DNA from: Parcubacteria group bacterium Athens0714_16
GTDB lineage: Bacteria > Patescibacteriota > Minisyncoccia > Phycocordibacterales > 21-14-all-36-13
DNA length: 64,000 nt
NCBI GenBank assembly: GCA_007376805.1
Contig: VMGX01000001.1
Location: 70,461 to 134,460 of the forward strand
Direction of reading: 5' to 3'
Positions 49,234-58,915 of this stretch are shown piece by piece. How positions within the stretch are numbered: position 1 is the first letter of the stretch; every line of letters begins with the position of its first letter. The notes beneath the pieces are model-generated. The model ran no database searches, was not told where the DNA came from, and saw nothing but the letters and a program-made list of their open reading frames with translations. The position numbers and the translations under genes are program-made.

Positions 49234-49923
49234 TTATGTTTTAGGAATAGCTAAATTTTTTAATTCTTCAAATGCTTCTTCAATATTATCTGCGTCAAAA
49301 ATTGCAGAACCAGATATTAATTTATTTGCACCAGCATCAACAAGAAGTTGTATTGTTTCCCTATTAACACCTATATCAACAGAGATTGGTAGGTTTGGAT
49401 ACTTATTTCTTAAATCTTTTATTTTTTCATAAATCCTCTCGTCTAATTCAACCCCGTGATGCCCAATTTTATCATTACCCATAAATTGCACGAAATTTAT
49501 TTTTTCTATTAGTGGATATATTTTTTCATTTGGAGTACTCGGGTTCAGAGAAATTCCAACCGCAATATTAGAATTTTTTATTTTTTCTATTATTTTTTCA
49601 ATTTCATTTGTGCTTTCAATATGAATTATTAAATTTATAGCACCAATATTAATCCAATTATCAATCGTTTTCTCTGGATTTTGTATCATCAAATCCATTT
49701 CAAAATTAAAATCTTGCCAGAATGGCATTCCTTCTTCTTGTTCAATTATTTTTTTAAAATCTAAATCATTTTTGTTTATGTAAGGCCATGTTGTAACTGG
49801 AGCAAAAAAACCATCCACAATATCAATTTGAACCAGTGGAGCAATATCTCTAACCATAGATAATTGTTCACTGAGATGTTCAAAGCTTTCGGGTATAATA
49901 GCTGGTATTATTTCATTTTCCAT
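49234..49923 (-). CDS. rpe: Ribulose-phosphate 3-epimerase-like protein
   Basis: TIM-barrel pattern VQIDIVDGFFAP, ...HIES..., MGNDKIGHHG, SVDIGVN. Start codon is 3 nt after the transketolase N-subunit stop. Confidence 0.55.
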   Translation of the reverse strand: MENEIIPAIIPESFEHLSEQLSMVRDIAPLVQIDIVDGFFAPVTTWPYINKNDLDFKKIIEQEEGMPFWQDFNFEMDLMIQNPEKTIDNWINIGAINLIIHIESTNEIEKIIEKIKNSNIAVGISLNPSTPNEKIYPLIEKINFVQFMGNDKIGHHGVELDERIYEKIKDLRNKYPNLPISVDIGVNRETIQLLVDAGANKLISGSAIFDADNIEEAFEELKNLAIPKT

Positions 49924-50058
49924 CCCGTTAGAGGTAGGAAATCTTTAGATTTCCGTAGTTAATTTTAATAAATAATGACTTTTTGATATATAACATTCTA
50001 CCACTTCCCGTGGTTATATTAACTGTATAACTTCTAACGGGATTCCATAATTATGTTT

Positions 50059-51216
50059 TCACTTGGTGGCTCCGAAACTAAGTGACTCTATTTCTTTTAT
50101 TCTACGAACATGTCTTTCTTCTTTAGAAAACGGTGTGTCCAACCAAAGTTTCGCTACCGTTTTTGCTTCTTCTTCTGTAATAAATCTTGCGCCTAGAGAT
50201 AAAATATTTGCATCGTTGTGTTCACGAGATAATTTTACAACTTCAGTATCTCCACCATAATAAACCGCCGTCCTAACATTTTTAAACCTATCCGATATCA
50301 TAGCTTCCCCCTGTCCAGAACCACCCAAAATTATTCCTTTTGAATTGTCTGGATTATTTGAAATTTCTTTCGCAACGAAAGAAACAAAATCTGTGTAGTC
50401 ATCAGCTTCATCGTATTTATAGGCACCCTTATCAATAACATCATAGCCAAGATTTTTAAGAAATTTTACTAATTTACCCTTCAACTCAAACCCGGCATGG
50501 TCAGTTCCTATAAATATTTTTGTTTTTGTTGTTGTTTTTGATTTGGTTTTTATTCGAGTATCACTTTCTCCATTACCGATAAAATTTTTATACCAAGGCA
50601 TTACTTTTATGTGTTTATGAACATATCTACGATATAGCCAAAATAAAACAACGGCAGATATGATTATAAAAGCCAGAGTATCAAAAAAGTATCTAGAACT
50701 TTTTATCGCTCCGCCAAAATAATAACCAACAGCAATAATTGCACTAACCCACACTAACTGCCCAAAAAAGACACCGGTCATAGCTTTTTTATAACTTGCT
50801 CCGAGAGCCCCGCCTGCTATCAAAACAGCTTCAGGAATACCTGGAATCGGAATTAATTTTGTTACAAGAAGTGTTTTTACTATATGTTCCTTAAATAATG
50901 GTGTCCATTCATTTTCTCCCAACTCATCCTCTGTCTTTATCTTTTTAATAACCTTTCTATAGAAACGAAATTTTTCAAGAAAAGAAAACCCCGATTTGGC
51001 CAGAAAAAAAATTATTGAATCTGTTAAAAGTCTCATTGAAACACAGATAGCAAGAACAATGAAAGGATTAAATACCCCCAGTGACGAAAGTATCCCAGCA
51101 AAAAAAGCGATATATGTGGTATCAACAAGAGATACTATTATGAGAATTGGATAACCATAACTAATAAGCCATTCAAAAACATCTTTTCCTAAAATTACTT
51201 CTTGGCCTGTTATCAT
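50059..51216 (-). CDS. Fusion protein: N-terminal DedA/SNARE-associated membrane domain + C-terminal ribose-5-phosphate isomerase B (RpiB/LacAB)
   Basis: Membrane part LIPIPGIPEAVLIAGGALGASYKKAMTGVFFGQL (DedA-like). Soluble part KIFIGTDHAGFELKGKLVKFLKNLGYDVIDKG...ILGGSGQGEAMISDRF...ILSLGARF (RpiB). Confidence 0.7.
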   Translation of the reverse strand: MITGQEVILGKDVFEWLISYGYPILIIVSLVDTTYIAFFAGILSSLGVFNPFIVLAICVSMRLLTDSIIFFLAKSGFSFLEKFRFYRKVIKKIKTEDELGENEWTPLFKEHIVKTLLVTKLIPIPGIPEAVLIAGGALGASYKKAMTGVFFGQLVWVSAIIAVGYYFGGAIKSSRYFFDTLAFIIISAVVLFWLYRRYVHKHIKVMPWYKNFIGNGESDTRIKTKSKTTTKTKIFIGTDHAGFELKGKLVKFLKNLGYDVIDKGAYKYDEADDYTDFVSFVAKEISNNPDNSKGIILGGSGQGEAMISDRFKNVRTAVYYGGDTEVVKLSREHNDANILSLGARFITEEEAKTVAKLWLDTPFSKEERHVRRIKEIESLSFGATK

Positions 51217-51344
51217 TTACCCTGTTAAACAAAATTTGAACATTTTCAAATTTTAATTTTAAATTATTTTTTTAAAAACATAGACTTTTATCTTTCTAAT
51301 TTTTGTAGAGCATACACCACACATATTACAAACCCTATTTAAAA

Positions 51345-52100
51345 TTATTTCGCTTTATTTTCAGTTTCACCAAATTTTTCAAACGCCCTAAGTACTTCCA
51401 ATGGAACAGCAAATACGACCGTATTTGATTGATCGGAACTTATATCATTTATTGATTGTAATGTTCGTAAATGTAACGCACCCGTTGATCCAGAAAGTAT
51501 GTTCGCAGCTTTTGCCATATTTTTTGCCGACATAACTTCTCCCTCAGCCTTTATAATAACAGCACGCCTTTCTCTTTCTGCTTCTGCTTGTTTTCCTATT
51601 ATTCTTTCCATGTCCGGTGGCAAAACAACATCTTTCAATTCAACATCATCAACTCTTATGCCCCAAGCATCACTCGCCTTACTAACAATGCTTTTTATTT
51701 TTTCAGAAACTTTTTCTCTCTGACCCAGAAGTTCATCTAATTCTACTTCCCCAACAACATTTCGCATTGTTGTTTGTGCTAATTGAGATACTGCGTGATA
51801 AAAATTTTCAACTTCCAAAATCGCTTTTGATACATCTGAAACTTTATAATAAATAACAGCCGTGACTCCAACCGGGATATTATCTTTTGTTATTGCTTTT
51901 TGTTCCGGCACTTCAACGGCCTTAACTCGCACATCAACTATTTTTAATTTTTGAAATATAGGAACAACCAATCTCCACCCGGGCTGTTTAATGCCCGTAT
52001 ACTTGCCAAGCTTAAACATAACCCCTCTTTCATATTGGTTAACTTGTTTTATAAACAAAAACAGAAGCGCTATGATTATTAAAATAAAGAAATAAAACAT
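51345..52100 (-). CDS. SPFH/band-7 (stomatin/prohibitin-like) membrane protein
   Basis: N-terminal TM, YERGVMFKLGKYTGIKQPGWRLVVPIFQKLKIVDVRV, IPVGVTAVIYYKV. Confidence 0.8.
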   Translation of the reverse strand: MFYFFILIIIALLFLFIKQVNQYERGVMFKLGKYTGIKQPGWRLVVPIFQKLKIVDVRVKAVEVPEQKAITKDNIPVGVTAVIYYKVSDVSKAILEVENFYHAVSQLAQTTMRNVVGEVELDELLGQREKVSEKIKSIVSKASDAWGIRVDDVELKDVVLPPDMERIIGKQAEAERERRAVIIKAEGEVMSAKNMAKAANILSGSTGALHLRTLQSINDISSDQSNTVVFAVPLEVLRAFEKFGETENKAK

Positions 52101-52396
52101 AAATTAAAATTATATTATTTAATAACATAATTATAACACGAAAAAGCGTTTGTAAACCAAGAGTTTCAAAGACAAAAAAAGACCAAATTCTCATTAAAAA
52201 TAAGAATTTTATAGATATATTCCCTTATTTTCTTAAGAGTATATTAAATAAAGTTATGACAACACTAAAGCATCCTGATAAAAATGCAATTCTTGTGGGT
52301 CTATCTGTAATAAATTTTTTCATATTTTTGTTGCTATATTACTATTACATATATATTTTACACCAAACTCAAAATAAGAAATAGTGCAACTGTTAA

Positions 52397-53071
52397 TTAC
52401 TTTGCTCTCGGCCAAATTGTATTCGCCCTTGGATAAATCTTTGTTAGGGGATGTGTTTTGCAGTCGTGTTTTCTTGCTCCACAGATTTCTTGTCCATATC
52501 TTACAAGTTTGAAAGAAAAATCATTCCAATATTTTTTTGGCAAAATTTCCATTAAGTCTTTTTCTATTTTTTCTGGATTTTTGTTATCAGTTAAATCAAA
52601 TTTAATTGATAATCTCCTGACGTGTGTATCCACAACGATCCCTTCAACAACATTAAAAACATTATTCAATACCACATTTGCCGTCTTTCTCCCAACTCCC
52701 GGAATTTTGAGCAAATCTTCCATATTATTTGGAATATGACCACTAAAATCTATTTTTATCATTTTTGCTGCTGATAAAATATTTTTTGTTTTATTTTTAT
52801 AATATCCAGTTGATTTTATATCTTTTTCAAACTCCGTTTTTTTGGCACTAACATAATCATCTAATTTTTTATACTTTTTAAATAATTTTTTTGTAACCAT
52901 ATTAACTCTCTTGTCTGTACATTGGGCAGACAAAATAACAGAAACCAATAGTTCCCAATTATTTTTATAACCAAGAGATGTTCCTTGTTCGTCTATAAAT
53001 AGTCTATTCAAAACTTTGGCTATTTTTATAGCCCTATTCTTTCGTTCCTTGAATTTTTTCGATGCCATCAT
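52397..53071 (-). CDS. nth: Endonuclease III
   Basis: HhH-GPD LVSVILSAQCTDKRVN, IPGVGRKTANVV, C-terminal 4Fe-4S CGARKHDCKTHPL. Start set at the internal MMASKK. Confidence 0.8.
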   Translation of the reverse strand: MMASKKFKERKNRAIKIAKVLNRLFIDEQGTSLGYKNNWELLVSVILSAQCTDKRVNMVTKKLFKKYKKLDDYVSAKKTEFEKDIKSTGYYKNKTKNILSAAKMIKIDFSGHIPNNMEDLLKIPGVGRKTANVVLNNVFNVVEGIVVDTHVRRLSIKFDLTDNKNPEKIEKDLMEILPKKYWNDFSFKLVRYGQEICGARKHDCKTHPLTKIYPRANTIWPRAK

Positions 53072-53528
53072 TTCTTTTTCTAAAATTAACAAAAAATATA
53101 ATACCAAAAATTAATAAAGAAACAGAAAGAAAAGTAGACAACAAACAATATGTACAAAGTGCCTTAATAACAAAAATTTGTAAATAAACAAACCATATGG
53201 ACATTAAAAAACCAACGATAGAAAAAACTGATAAATATTTCAAAACAATTTCTTTTCTTTTGACAAAAGAAAACACGGCAAAGCAGAAAATAGAAAAATA
53301 ATACAGAAAACCCAAAATTGGAACCGGAATGCCTAAAATCACAGAATATTGACTGGTCAAAACAATGTCACATCCTTCAACCAAAAGACACAACGCAGGA
53401 TTACCTTTGAAATGTTCTACAGTAAGAAAAACAGAATCAATGATTCCCACAAAACTAAGAACCATAAATAAAATTATTATAAAAACAAAAAACTTATTCC
53501 ATATTTTGTCGTCGGTTTTGTTCATCAT
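53034..53528 (-). CDS. Vitamin K epoxide reductase (VKOR)-family membrane thiol oxidoreductase
   Basis: Loop Cys pair CLLVEGCD and TM CXXC (ALCTYCLLS). 4-5 TM helices. Confidence 0.6.
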   Translation of the reverse strand: MMNKTDDKIWNKFFVFIIILFMVLSFVGIIDSVFLTVEHFKGNPALCLLVEGCDIVLTSQYSVILGIPVPILGFLYYFSIFCFAVFSFVKRKEIVLKYLSVFSIVGFLMSIWFVYLQIFVIKALCTYCLLSTFLSVSLLIFGIIFFVNFRKRNDGIEKIQGTKE

Positions 53529-53536
53529 ATTTTTTA

Positions 53537-54712
53537 TTAGAGAGAAAGAATTGACTTTTGAAAAATTTCTTCTACTTCATCCGTTGTAATCACTCCAACT
53601 TTTACAGGTAAGGTGCCATCTTCAATAAAACCGTCAACGTCCAGTGTATTCTTATTTTTTTGCTTATCAATTTTTATTCCAAGATATTCCATTTCTGAAC
53701 ATATTTTTGAGCGGATTATATCAGATCCTTCACCTATGGCTCCTGAAAAAATTAGCATATCCAAACCATTCAACAGAGCAGAATAAGCACCTATAAATTC
53801 TTTCACATCACCAGAATATATATCTAAAGTAAGAATAGCATTTTTATCCCCACTTTCTGCTAAACTTACAATTTTTCTGGTATCTCCCTGCCCGCTAAGA
53901 CCAAGTAAACCACATTTTGTATTTAAATAATTTTCTAATTCCTCAAAATTTAAATTTTCTTTTTTGGCAAAATAAATCAAAGCCCCCGGATCTATATTCC
54001 CCACCCTTGTTCTCATTGTGAGACCTTCCAGTGGAGTAAATCCCATTGAAGTATTAAAACTTTTCCCATTTTTTACTGCTGTAACACTCGAACCACTCCC
54101 AAGGTGACAAATTATTATATTTTGGGGAACCTTTTTTTCTTTTTGTTCAATCTTTCTAATTATTGAGCTCGCCGATATTCCGTGGTATCCATATCTGCGA
54201 ATATCATATTTCTCTGTATCTGATTTTTTAATGCTGTAATATCTGAAACGCTCCAACATATCAACATGAAACTTACTATCAGAAACCCCAATCAATTTAC
54301 TTTTCCCAAACTCTTTCATCAAATATTCAATTTCTTTTATAACTGGTTCTATATGAAGAGGAGCGCTTTCTTTTACATTAATTAATTCTTTTAGATATTT
54401 ATCATCAATAATTTTGTCTTCTAAAAAATGTCTACCGGGAGCAACAATTCTTAACCCAATTGTGTTTATATCTTTTTTATTTTGCAAAATATTTTTTTCT
54501 TTTAAAAAATTAAAAAAATACTCCGTTGAGTTTAAAAAATCTTTTTCTACTATGGCAATTTTTTCTTTGGAACCCTTGTGTGTTATTGATAACGAAAAAT
54601 TATTATCACAACATCTCTCAAAATGTGTGTAAGCCACTTTTTCATCACCAATATAAAAACCATGTCTCTTTGAAACACTTCCTGCATTTATAATTAATGT
54701 TTTTTTATCCAT
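53537..54712 (-). CDS. ackA: Acetate kinase
   Basis: LIINAGSVS, RYGYHGISA, IICHLGSGSSVTAVKNGKSFNTSMGFTPLEGLTMRTRVGNIDPGAL. Start set at the internal MDKKTLII. Confidence 0.85.
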   Translation of the reverse strand: MDKKTLIINAGSVSKRHGFYIGDEKVAYTHFERCCDNNFSLSITHKGSKEKIAIVEKDFLNSTEYFFNFLKEKNILQNKKDINTIGLRIVAPGRHFLEDKIIDDKYLKELINVKESAPLHIEPVIKEIEYLMKEFGKSKLIGVSDSKFHVDMLERFRYYSIKKSDTEKYDIRRYGYHGISASSIIRKIEQKEKKVPQNIIICHLGSGSSVTAVKNGKSFNTSMGFTPLEGLTMRTRVGNIDPGALIYFAKKENLNFEELENYLNTKCGLLGLSGQGDTRKIVSLAESGDKNAILTLDIYSGDVKEFIGAYSALLNGLDMLIFSGAIGEGSDIIRSKICSEMEYLGIKIDKQKNKNTLDVDGFIEDGTLPVKVGVITTDEVEEIFQKSILSL

Positions 54713-54747
54713 ATTTTTGTTTTGTTGTTTTGTTGATTTAGTGATTT

Positions 54748-57105
54748 CTATGATTGCCCCCACTTCCAATTTTCTATTTCTTCCATATCAACTCCGTGTT
54801 TTTTTATATATTCTGTATGTTCTAATAACTTATTTTCATATTTTTTAACAAGCTCATCTGCTTTGTTTTTTTCTATATTTCCTTTTTGACTTAGTTTTCT
54901 AAATACATCCATTGCCAAATTAAATCTATCTGTTTTGTTTCTTACATGCATATCAAAAGGTGTTGTTGTTGAACCATTTTCTACATAACCACGGATTATA
55001 AATCTTTCTGAATCAACGCCATAATCAAATAAAATTTGTTTCATTGATTGTGGATATCCGTGAAAATTTATTATCACAGGTTTATCAGTTGTAAAATATT
55101 CATCAAATTCCTTTTTAGAAACTATTTTACCAGTTGGGCCCAAACCAGTTGGCGACATTGCCATTATATTTACAAATCTAATTTTGATTTGTGGTAATTC
55201 TTTTTTTATAACATCAACAGATGCAAGAGCTTCTGTGGTTAAGTAATCCCCAACCGAAGTTATAACAATGTTTGGATTTTCATCACTAGCAAAATCCCAA
55301 ATCATTATTCCATTTTCCAATTCTTTTTTGGCTAAATTTGGTGTGAGCCACCTAGGTTCTACTTTTTTACCAGCAACTAAAATATTTATTTCATTTTTTG
55401 ATGACAACATTTTTTCAAGAACAGCTAGCGTGCTATTTCCATCCGGTGGAAAATATACATTTACAAAATCTTCTTGTCTCTGCAACATATCATCTATAAA
55501 TCCAGGATTTTGGTGTGAAAAACCATTATGTTCCTGTCTCCAACCAGATGAAGTTAAAATGTAGTTAAACGAAGAAATATCTCCACGCCATTTTGTTTTT
55601 CTCGCTATTTTCAAAAACTTTGCATATTGATCAGCCATACTTGAAACAATCTGTATAAATGCTTCGTATGATGCAAAAATTCCATGTCTTTTTGTTAGAA
55701 CATATCCTTGCATTAAACCTTGTAAAGAGTGTTCACTTAACATTTCCATAACTCTGCCATCTTGTTTTAAATCTTTGTCCCAACTTTCTACTGGCCATAC
55801 AAAAGCTCTTGATGTGGTTTTGAAAACTTCATCAAGTTTATTTGAATATGTTTCATCGGGAGAAAATAAACGAAAATTTTTATTTTTTTCATTTAATTTA
55901 AAAACTTCATTTAAATACAAACCGGCTCTTCTCATCGAACTTGAACCAATTGTTCCTGGGATCGAGGAATCCTCACTAAATTTATCCACTTCCGGAAGTT
56001 TTAATGATTTGTATTCCGTCCTGTCCCCCATACAATATTTACTATCCCCCATTCTCAATTTTTTATCAGGAATTATTTCTTTTATTTCTTCACAAAAACC
56101 ATTTTTCTTATCAAATAATTCACCAAAATTATATGATTTTAACCAATTTTCAATTGCTTTGAGAGTTTCTGGATTTTCTTTTGCATCCGGACCAATAACT
56201 TGATGTGATAAACAATTTCCTTCTATTTTTTGTCCGTCCAATTCTTTTATTCCTGTCCATCCTTTTAGTGTTTTCAAAATTATCATCGGAAATCTTGGGG
56301 GAATAATTTCTTTTTCATTTCTTGCTTGATTTTGTATTTCCTTTATTTTTTTATAACAACCATTTAATGTTTCAAACATTTTTTCATAAACATTTTCTAC
56401 ATCATTCCATCCATCAACAATAAACGGTTCGTAACCATAACCACTAAAAAGATTTGTAAGCTCTTCGTTAGACATTCTCCCAAAAACAGTTGGCCCTGAA
56501 ATTTTATATCCATTTAAATGAAGAATAGGTAAAACTGCACCATTTGTTTTTGGATCAACAAATTTATTTAAATGCCATGCAGTTGCAGTTGGGCCAGTTT
56601 CAGCTTCCCCATCTCCTATAAGGGCACATGTTATTAGGTCTGGATTGTCTAAAACTGAGCCATAAGCAGTTGATAACGCATATCCAAGCTCTCCTCCTTC
56701 CAAAATGACTCCAGGGGTCTCTGGGTTGCTGTGACTTGGAAATCCATATGGCCAAGAAAAATTTTTAGAAATATACCCAACGCCTTTTTCGTCTCGTGTA
56801 GCTTCGGAATAATATTTTTCTAACGTTCCTTCAATAAATAAATTTGATTGAAGTGCCGGAAATCCGTGTCCGGGACCAAGAATAAATAAAACATCGTTTG
56901 AATATTTTTTTACAAGTGCATTCAAATTTGCGTAGACAAAATTTATTCCTGGACAAGAACCCCAATGACCAAGCAAACGAGGTTTTATATCTTCGAGCTT
57001 TAATTCTCTCTCTAAAAGAAAATTGTCTTGTAAATAAATTTGAACAGCAGACAGGTAATTCGCCACTCTTGTGTATTTTTTTATTGATTCAATTGTATTA
57101 TTCAT
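54748..57105 (-). CDS. xfp: Xylulose-5-phosphate/fructose-6-phosphate phosphoketolase
   Basis: 785 aa. GHWGSCPGINFVYANLNALV, GPGHGFPAL, TPP-binding GDGEAETGP. Confidence 0.9.
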   Translation of the reverse strand: MNNTIESIKKYTRVANYLSAVQIYLQDNFLLERELKLEDIKPRLLGHWGSCPGINFVYANLNALVKKYSNDVLFILGPGHGFPALQSNLFIEGTLEKYYSEATRDEKGVGYISKNFSWPYGFPSHSNPETPGVILEGGELGYALSTAYGSVLDNPDLITCALIGDGEAETGPTATAWHLNKFVDPKTNGAVLPILHLNGYKISGPTVFGRMSNEELTNLFSGYGYEPFIVDGWNDVENVYEKMFETLNGCYKKIKEIQNQARNEKEIIPPRFPMIILKTLKGWTGIKELDGQKIEGNCLSHQVIGPDAKENPETLKAIENWLKSYNFGELFDKKNGFCEEIKEIIPDKKLRMGDSKYCMGDRTEYKSLKLPEVDKFSEDSSIPGTIGSSSMRRAGLYLNEVFKLNEKNKNFRLFSPDETYSNKLDEVFKTTSRAFVWPVESWDKDLKQDGRVMEMLSEHSLQGLMQGYVLTKRHGIFASYEAFIQIVSSMADQYAKFLKIARKTKWRGDISSFNYILTSSGWRQEHNGFSHQNPGFIDDMLQRQEDFVNVYFPPDGNSTLAVLEKMLSSKNEINILVAGKKVEPRWLTPNLAKKELENGIMIWDFASDENPNIVITSVGDYLTTEALASVDVIKKELPQIKIRFVNIMAMSPTGLGPTGKIVSKKEFDEYFTTDKPVIINFHGYPQSMKQILFDYGVDSERFIIRGYVENGSTTTPFDMHVRNKTDRFNLAMDVFRKLSQKGNIEKNKADELVKKYENKLLEHTEYIKKHGVDMEEIENWKWGQS

Positions 57106-57198
57106 TAGTATAATAATAACATTTTTTTAATTTAACAAAAATAAATAAAAAAGGTGCGTTAGTAAAAACTAACGCACCAAGAGAAAAAGAAAAAAGGA

Positions 57199-57975
57199 TT
57201 AAGGTAAAGAAAGAAATAGCTGACGAGGACCATCGTACGGATGCGTACGGTCAACATTGTCAGAGTCAGCGCACAGCTCCGCATCACCATCAAACCAGCT
57301 GCCAATCACGAGATAGCCGTCGAACCATAAAGATGAAGTCCGTGTCCAACCATTTCTGTCCATAAAATAACCCTTCGTGAATCTGTGAAAACCTGTAGCA
57401 CGAAGGTACTCACGATATTTCATGAATTGTATTTTTTTCTCAATTGTCGTGTTATACGACATATTAAGCAAATCTGGTTCATCTCCGCCCTTGTGAGCAA
57501 AGACAACTAAACCAGATTGAAGTGTACGAACTTGTAGTTTTTCAGACTCACGGTCAATGTTTTTAGCAACCGGATTTTTGTATTTGTATAGATTTACAGG
57601 ACTGTCCGGTTTGTTAAAGAATTTCTGTATGCAATCCATGATTTGGTCTTCATATTGCGACAAATCGTCAACCATAATTACTGGAAAGTCTGGATTTTCT
57701 GGAAATGTTATTCCAGACAAATCCAGCGTGATTCCATATACTTCTTGGTAGTATTTTTCAAGAAGTGGGAGTTGGGTGAGGATTGATTCAGATTGAAATG
57801 GGATATTAAGTTTTTTACAAACATCAGTTAAAAGTTTCCTTGTTTGCGTTTTATTACTTAATATTTTTTTCGCAAGATCAAAAGGTATGTTTTGAAATAC
57901 TCTCCCAAATTCGTGCTGAAGATCCAACACCTGTTGGGTTGTTGCTTTTTTAGGGCTTGTTCCATGTCTTTCCAT
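57199..57975 (-). CDS. Hypothetical protein (compositionally GC-richer than surroundings)
   Basis: 258-aa ORF, no recognisable motif. Visibly higher G+C than flanking genes. Confidence 0.45.
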   Translation of the reverse strand: MERHGTSPKKATTQQVLDLQHEFGRVFQNIPFDLAKKILSNKTQTRKLLTDVCKKLNIPFQSESILTQLPLLEKYYQEVYGITLDLSGITFPENPDFPVIMVDDLSQYEDQIMDCIQKFFNKPDSPVNLYKYKNPVAKNIDRESEKLQVRTLQSGLVVFAHKGGDEPDLLNMSYNTTIEKKIQFMKYREYLRATGFHRFTKGYFMDRNGWTRTSSLWFDGYLVIGSWFDGDAELCADSDNVDRTHPYDGPRQLFLSLP

Positions 57976-58140
57976 GGTCTGTTCTCCTTTTTTTTATTTA
58001 AAAAATTATTTAAAAGAGCTTATTTGAAATATAAATATTCCAAAACTCTCTACAATAGATAATAGCACAACAAAATTAATTTGTCAAAAACTTTTGCAAA
58101 TCAAAAAAACCACGATTTTATTCGTGGCTTTTTGTTAAAG

Positions 58141-58566
58141 TTACTTTATTGTTACATCAAATACCTTTTGGTCTACTGGGGCAACATCTATCTCCCATTC
58201 ACGTAGATAATAGAAATTAATTTTTGTATCCCCTGTTTTCAAGGTCTTGAATTGAAATTTTTCTGTTCCACCCGCTCCTACGATTTGTTCATCTCCATTT
58301 TGTTCTTGTTGTACAAAATTTTTGTTTACAAATTCTATATAATTTTCATCAAAATCTGAAACCCACGAATAACCAGTCGTTGGATTTGATTCAAGAAGAA
58401 TTTCAAAATTTTCTCCAATTTTAACTTCTATATCATTTACAACATTTTCAATTGTATTATTGATTGTTTCTTCTTCTAAACCCTTTTTGTCAGAATAAAA
58501 AAACATCGAACCAAAAATAATTATCGCCAACGCAAAATATATATATATTGTTTTTTTGTTTTCCAT
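58141..58566 (-). CDS. Chagasin-family (I42) protease inhibitor, membrane-anchored
   Basis: N-terminal TM. LLESNPTTGYSWV ... VGAGGTEKFQFKTLKTGDTKINFYYLREWE matches the chagasin signature. Confidence 0.6.
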   Translation of the reverse strand: MENKKTIYIYFALAIIIFGSMFFYSDKKGLEEETINNTIENVVNDIEVKIGENFEILLESNPTTGYSWVSDFDENYIEFVNKNFVQQEQNGDEQIVGAGGTEKFQFKTLKTGDTKINFYYLREWEIDVAPVDQKVFDVTIK

Positions 58567-58626
58567 ATTGAAACGTAGATTACCGCAAATAAAAACGCAA
58601 ATCCACGCAGATTAAATAAAATTAAT

Positions 58627-58881
58627 TCACCCTGTTAAATAAGACTTGAGACGATTTTTAATAAACATTTTTCCCAAGTGTGTTTTCAAGTATTTTTCTC
58701 TATGTGTAGCATCGTCCCGACCTAGACATGCTTCATAGTATATCAATTTTATAGGTATTCTGTTCTTTGTTGATTCTACGAGTCCTTTTTTATGCTTCTC
58801 AAGTCTTAATTTTAAATCTTTTGTATACCCCGTATAAAACTTTTTATCTTTACTCGATTTTAATACATAAACATAATACAT
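58627..58881 (-). CDS. GIY-YIG nuclease family protein (YhbQ/UPF0213-like, 84 aa)
   Basis: YYVYVLKSSKDKKFYTGYTKDLKLRLEKHKKG...IKLIYYEACLGRDDATHREKYLK: GIY...YIG(YTG) beta-hairpin, conserved Arg, Glu. Confidence 0.7.
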   Translation of the reverse strand: MYYVYVLKSSKDKKFYTGYTKDLKLRLEKHKKGLVESTKNRIPIKLIYYEACLGRDDATHREKYLKTHLGKMFIKNRLKSYLTG

Positions 58882-58915
58882 ATCACCTTTGATTAAAAAT
58901 TATTTAACAGGGTAA
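58628..58915. mobile_element. 284-bp element: 12-14-bp terminal inverted repeats ACCCTGTTAAATAA bracketing a GIY-YIG nuclease ORF
   Basis: Left attcACCCTGTTAAATAAgac (58626-58645), right aattATTTAACAGGGTaaag (58899-58918). The ORF fills the interior. CGCAGAT iteron sits immediately outside the left end. Confidence 0.6.

Noticed and set aside
51219-51300. Fifth TIR element at the DedA-RpiB gene start (accctgttaaac)
   Set aside because: Only one terminus-like half-site is present. No matching inverted partner within 300 bp. Recorded as a solo half-site, not an element.
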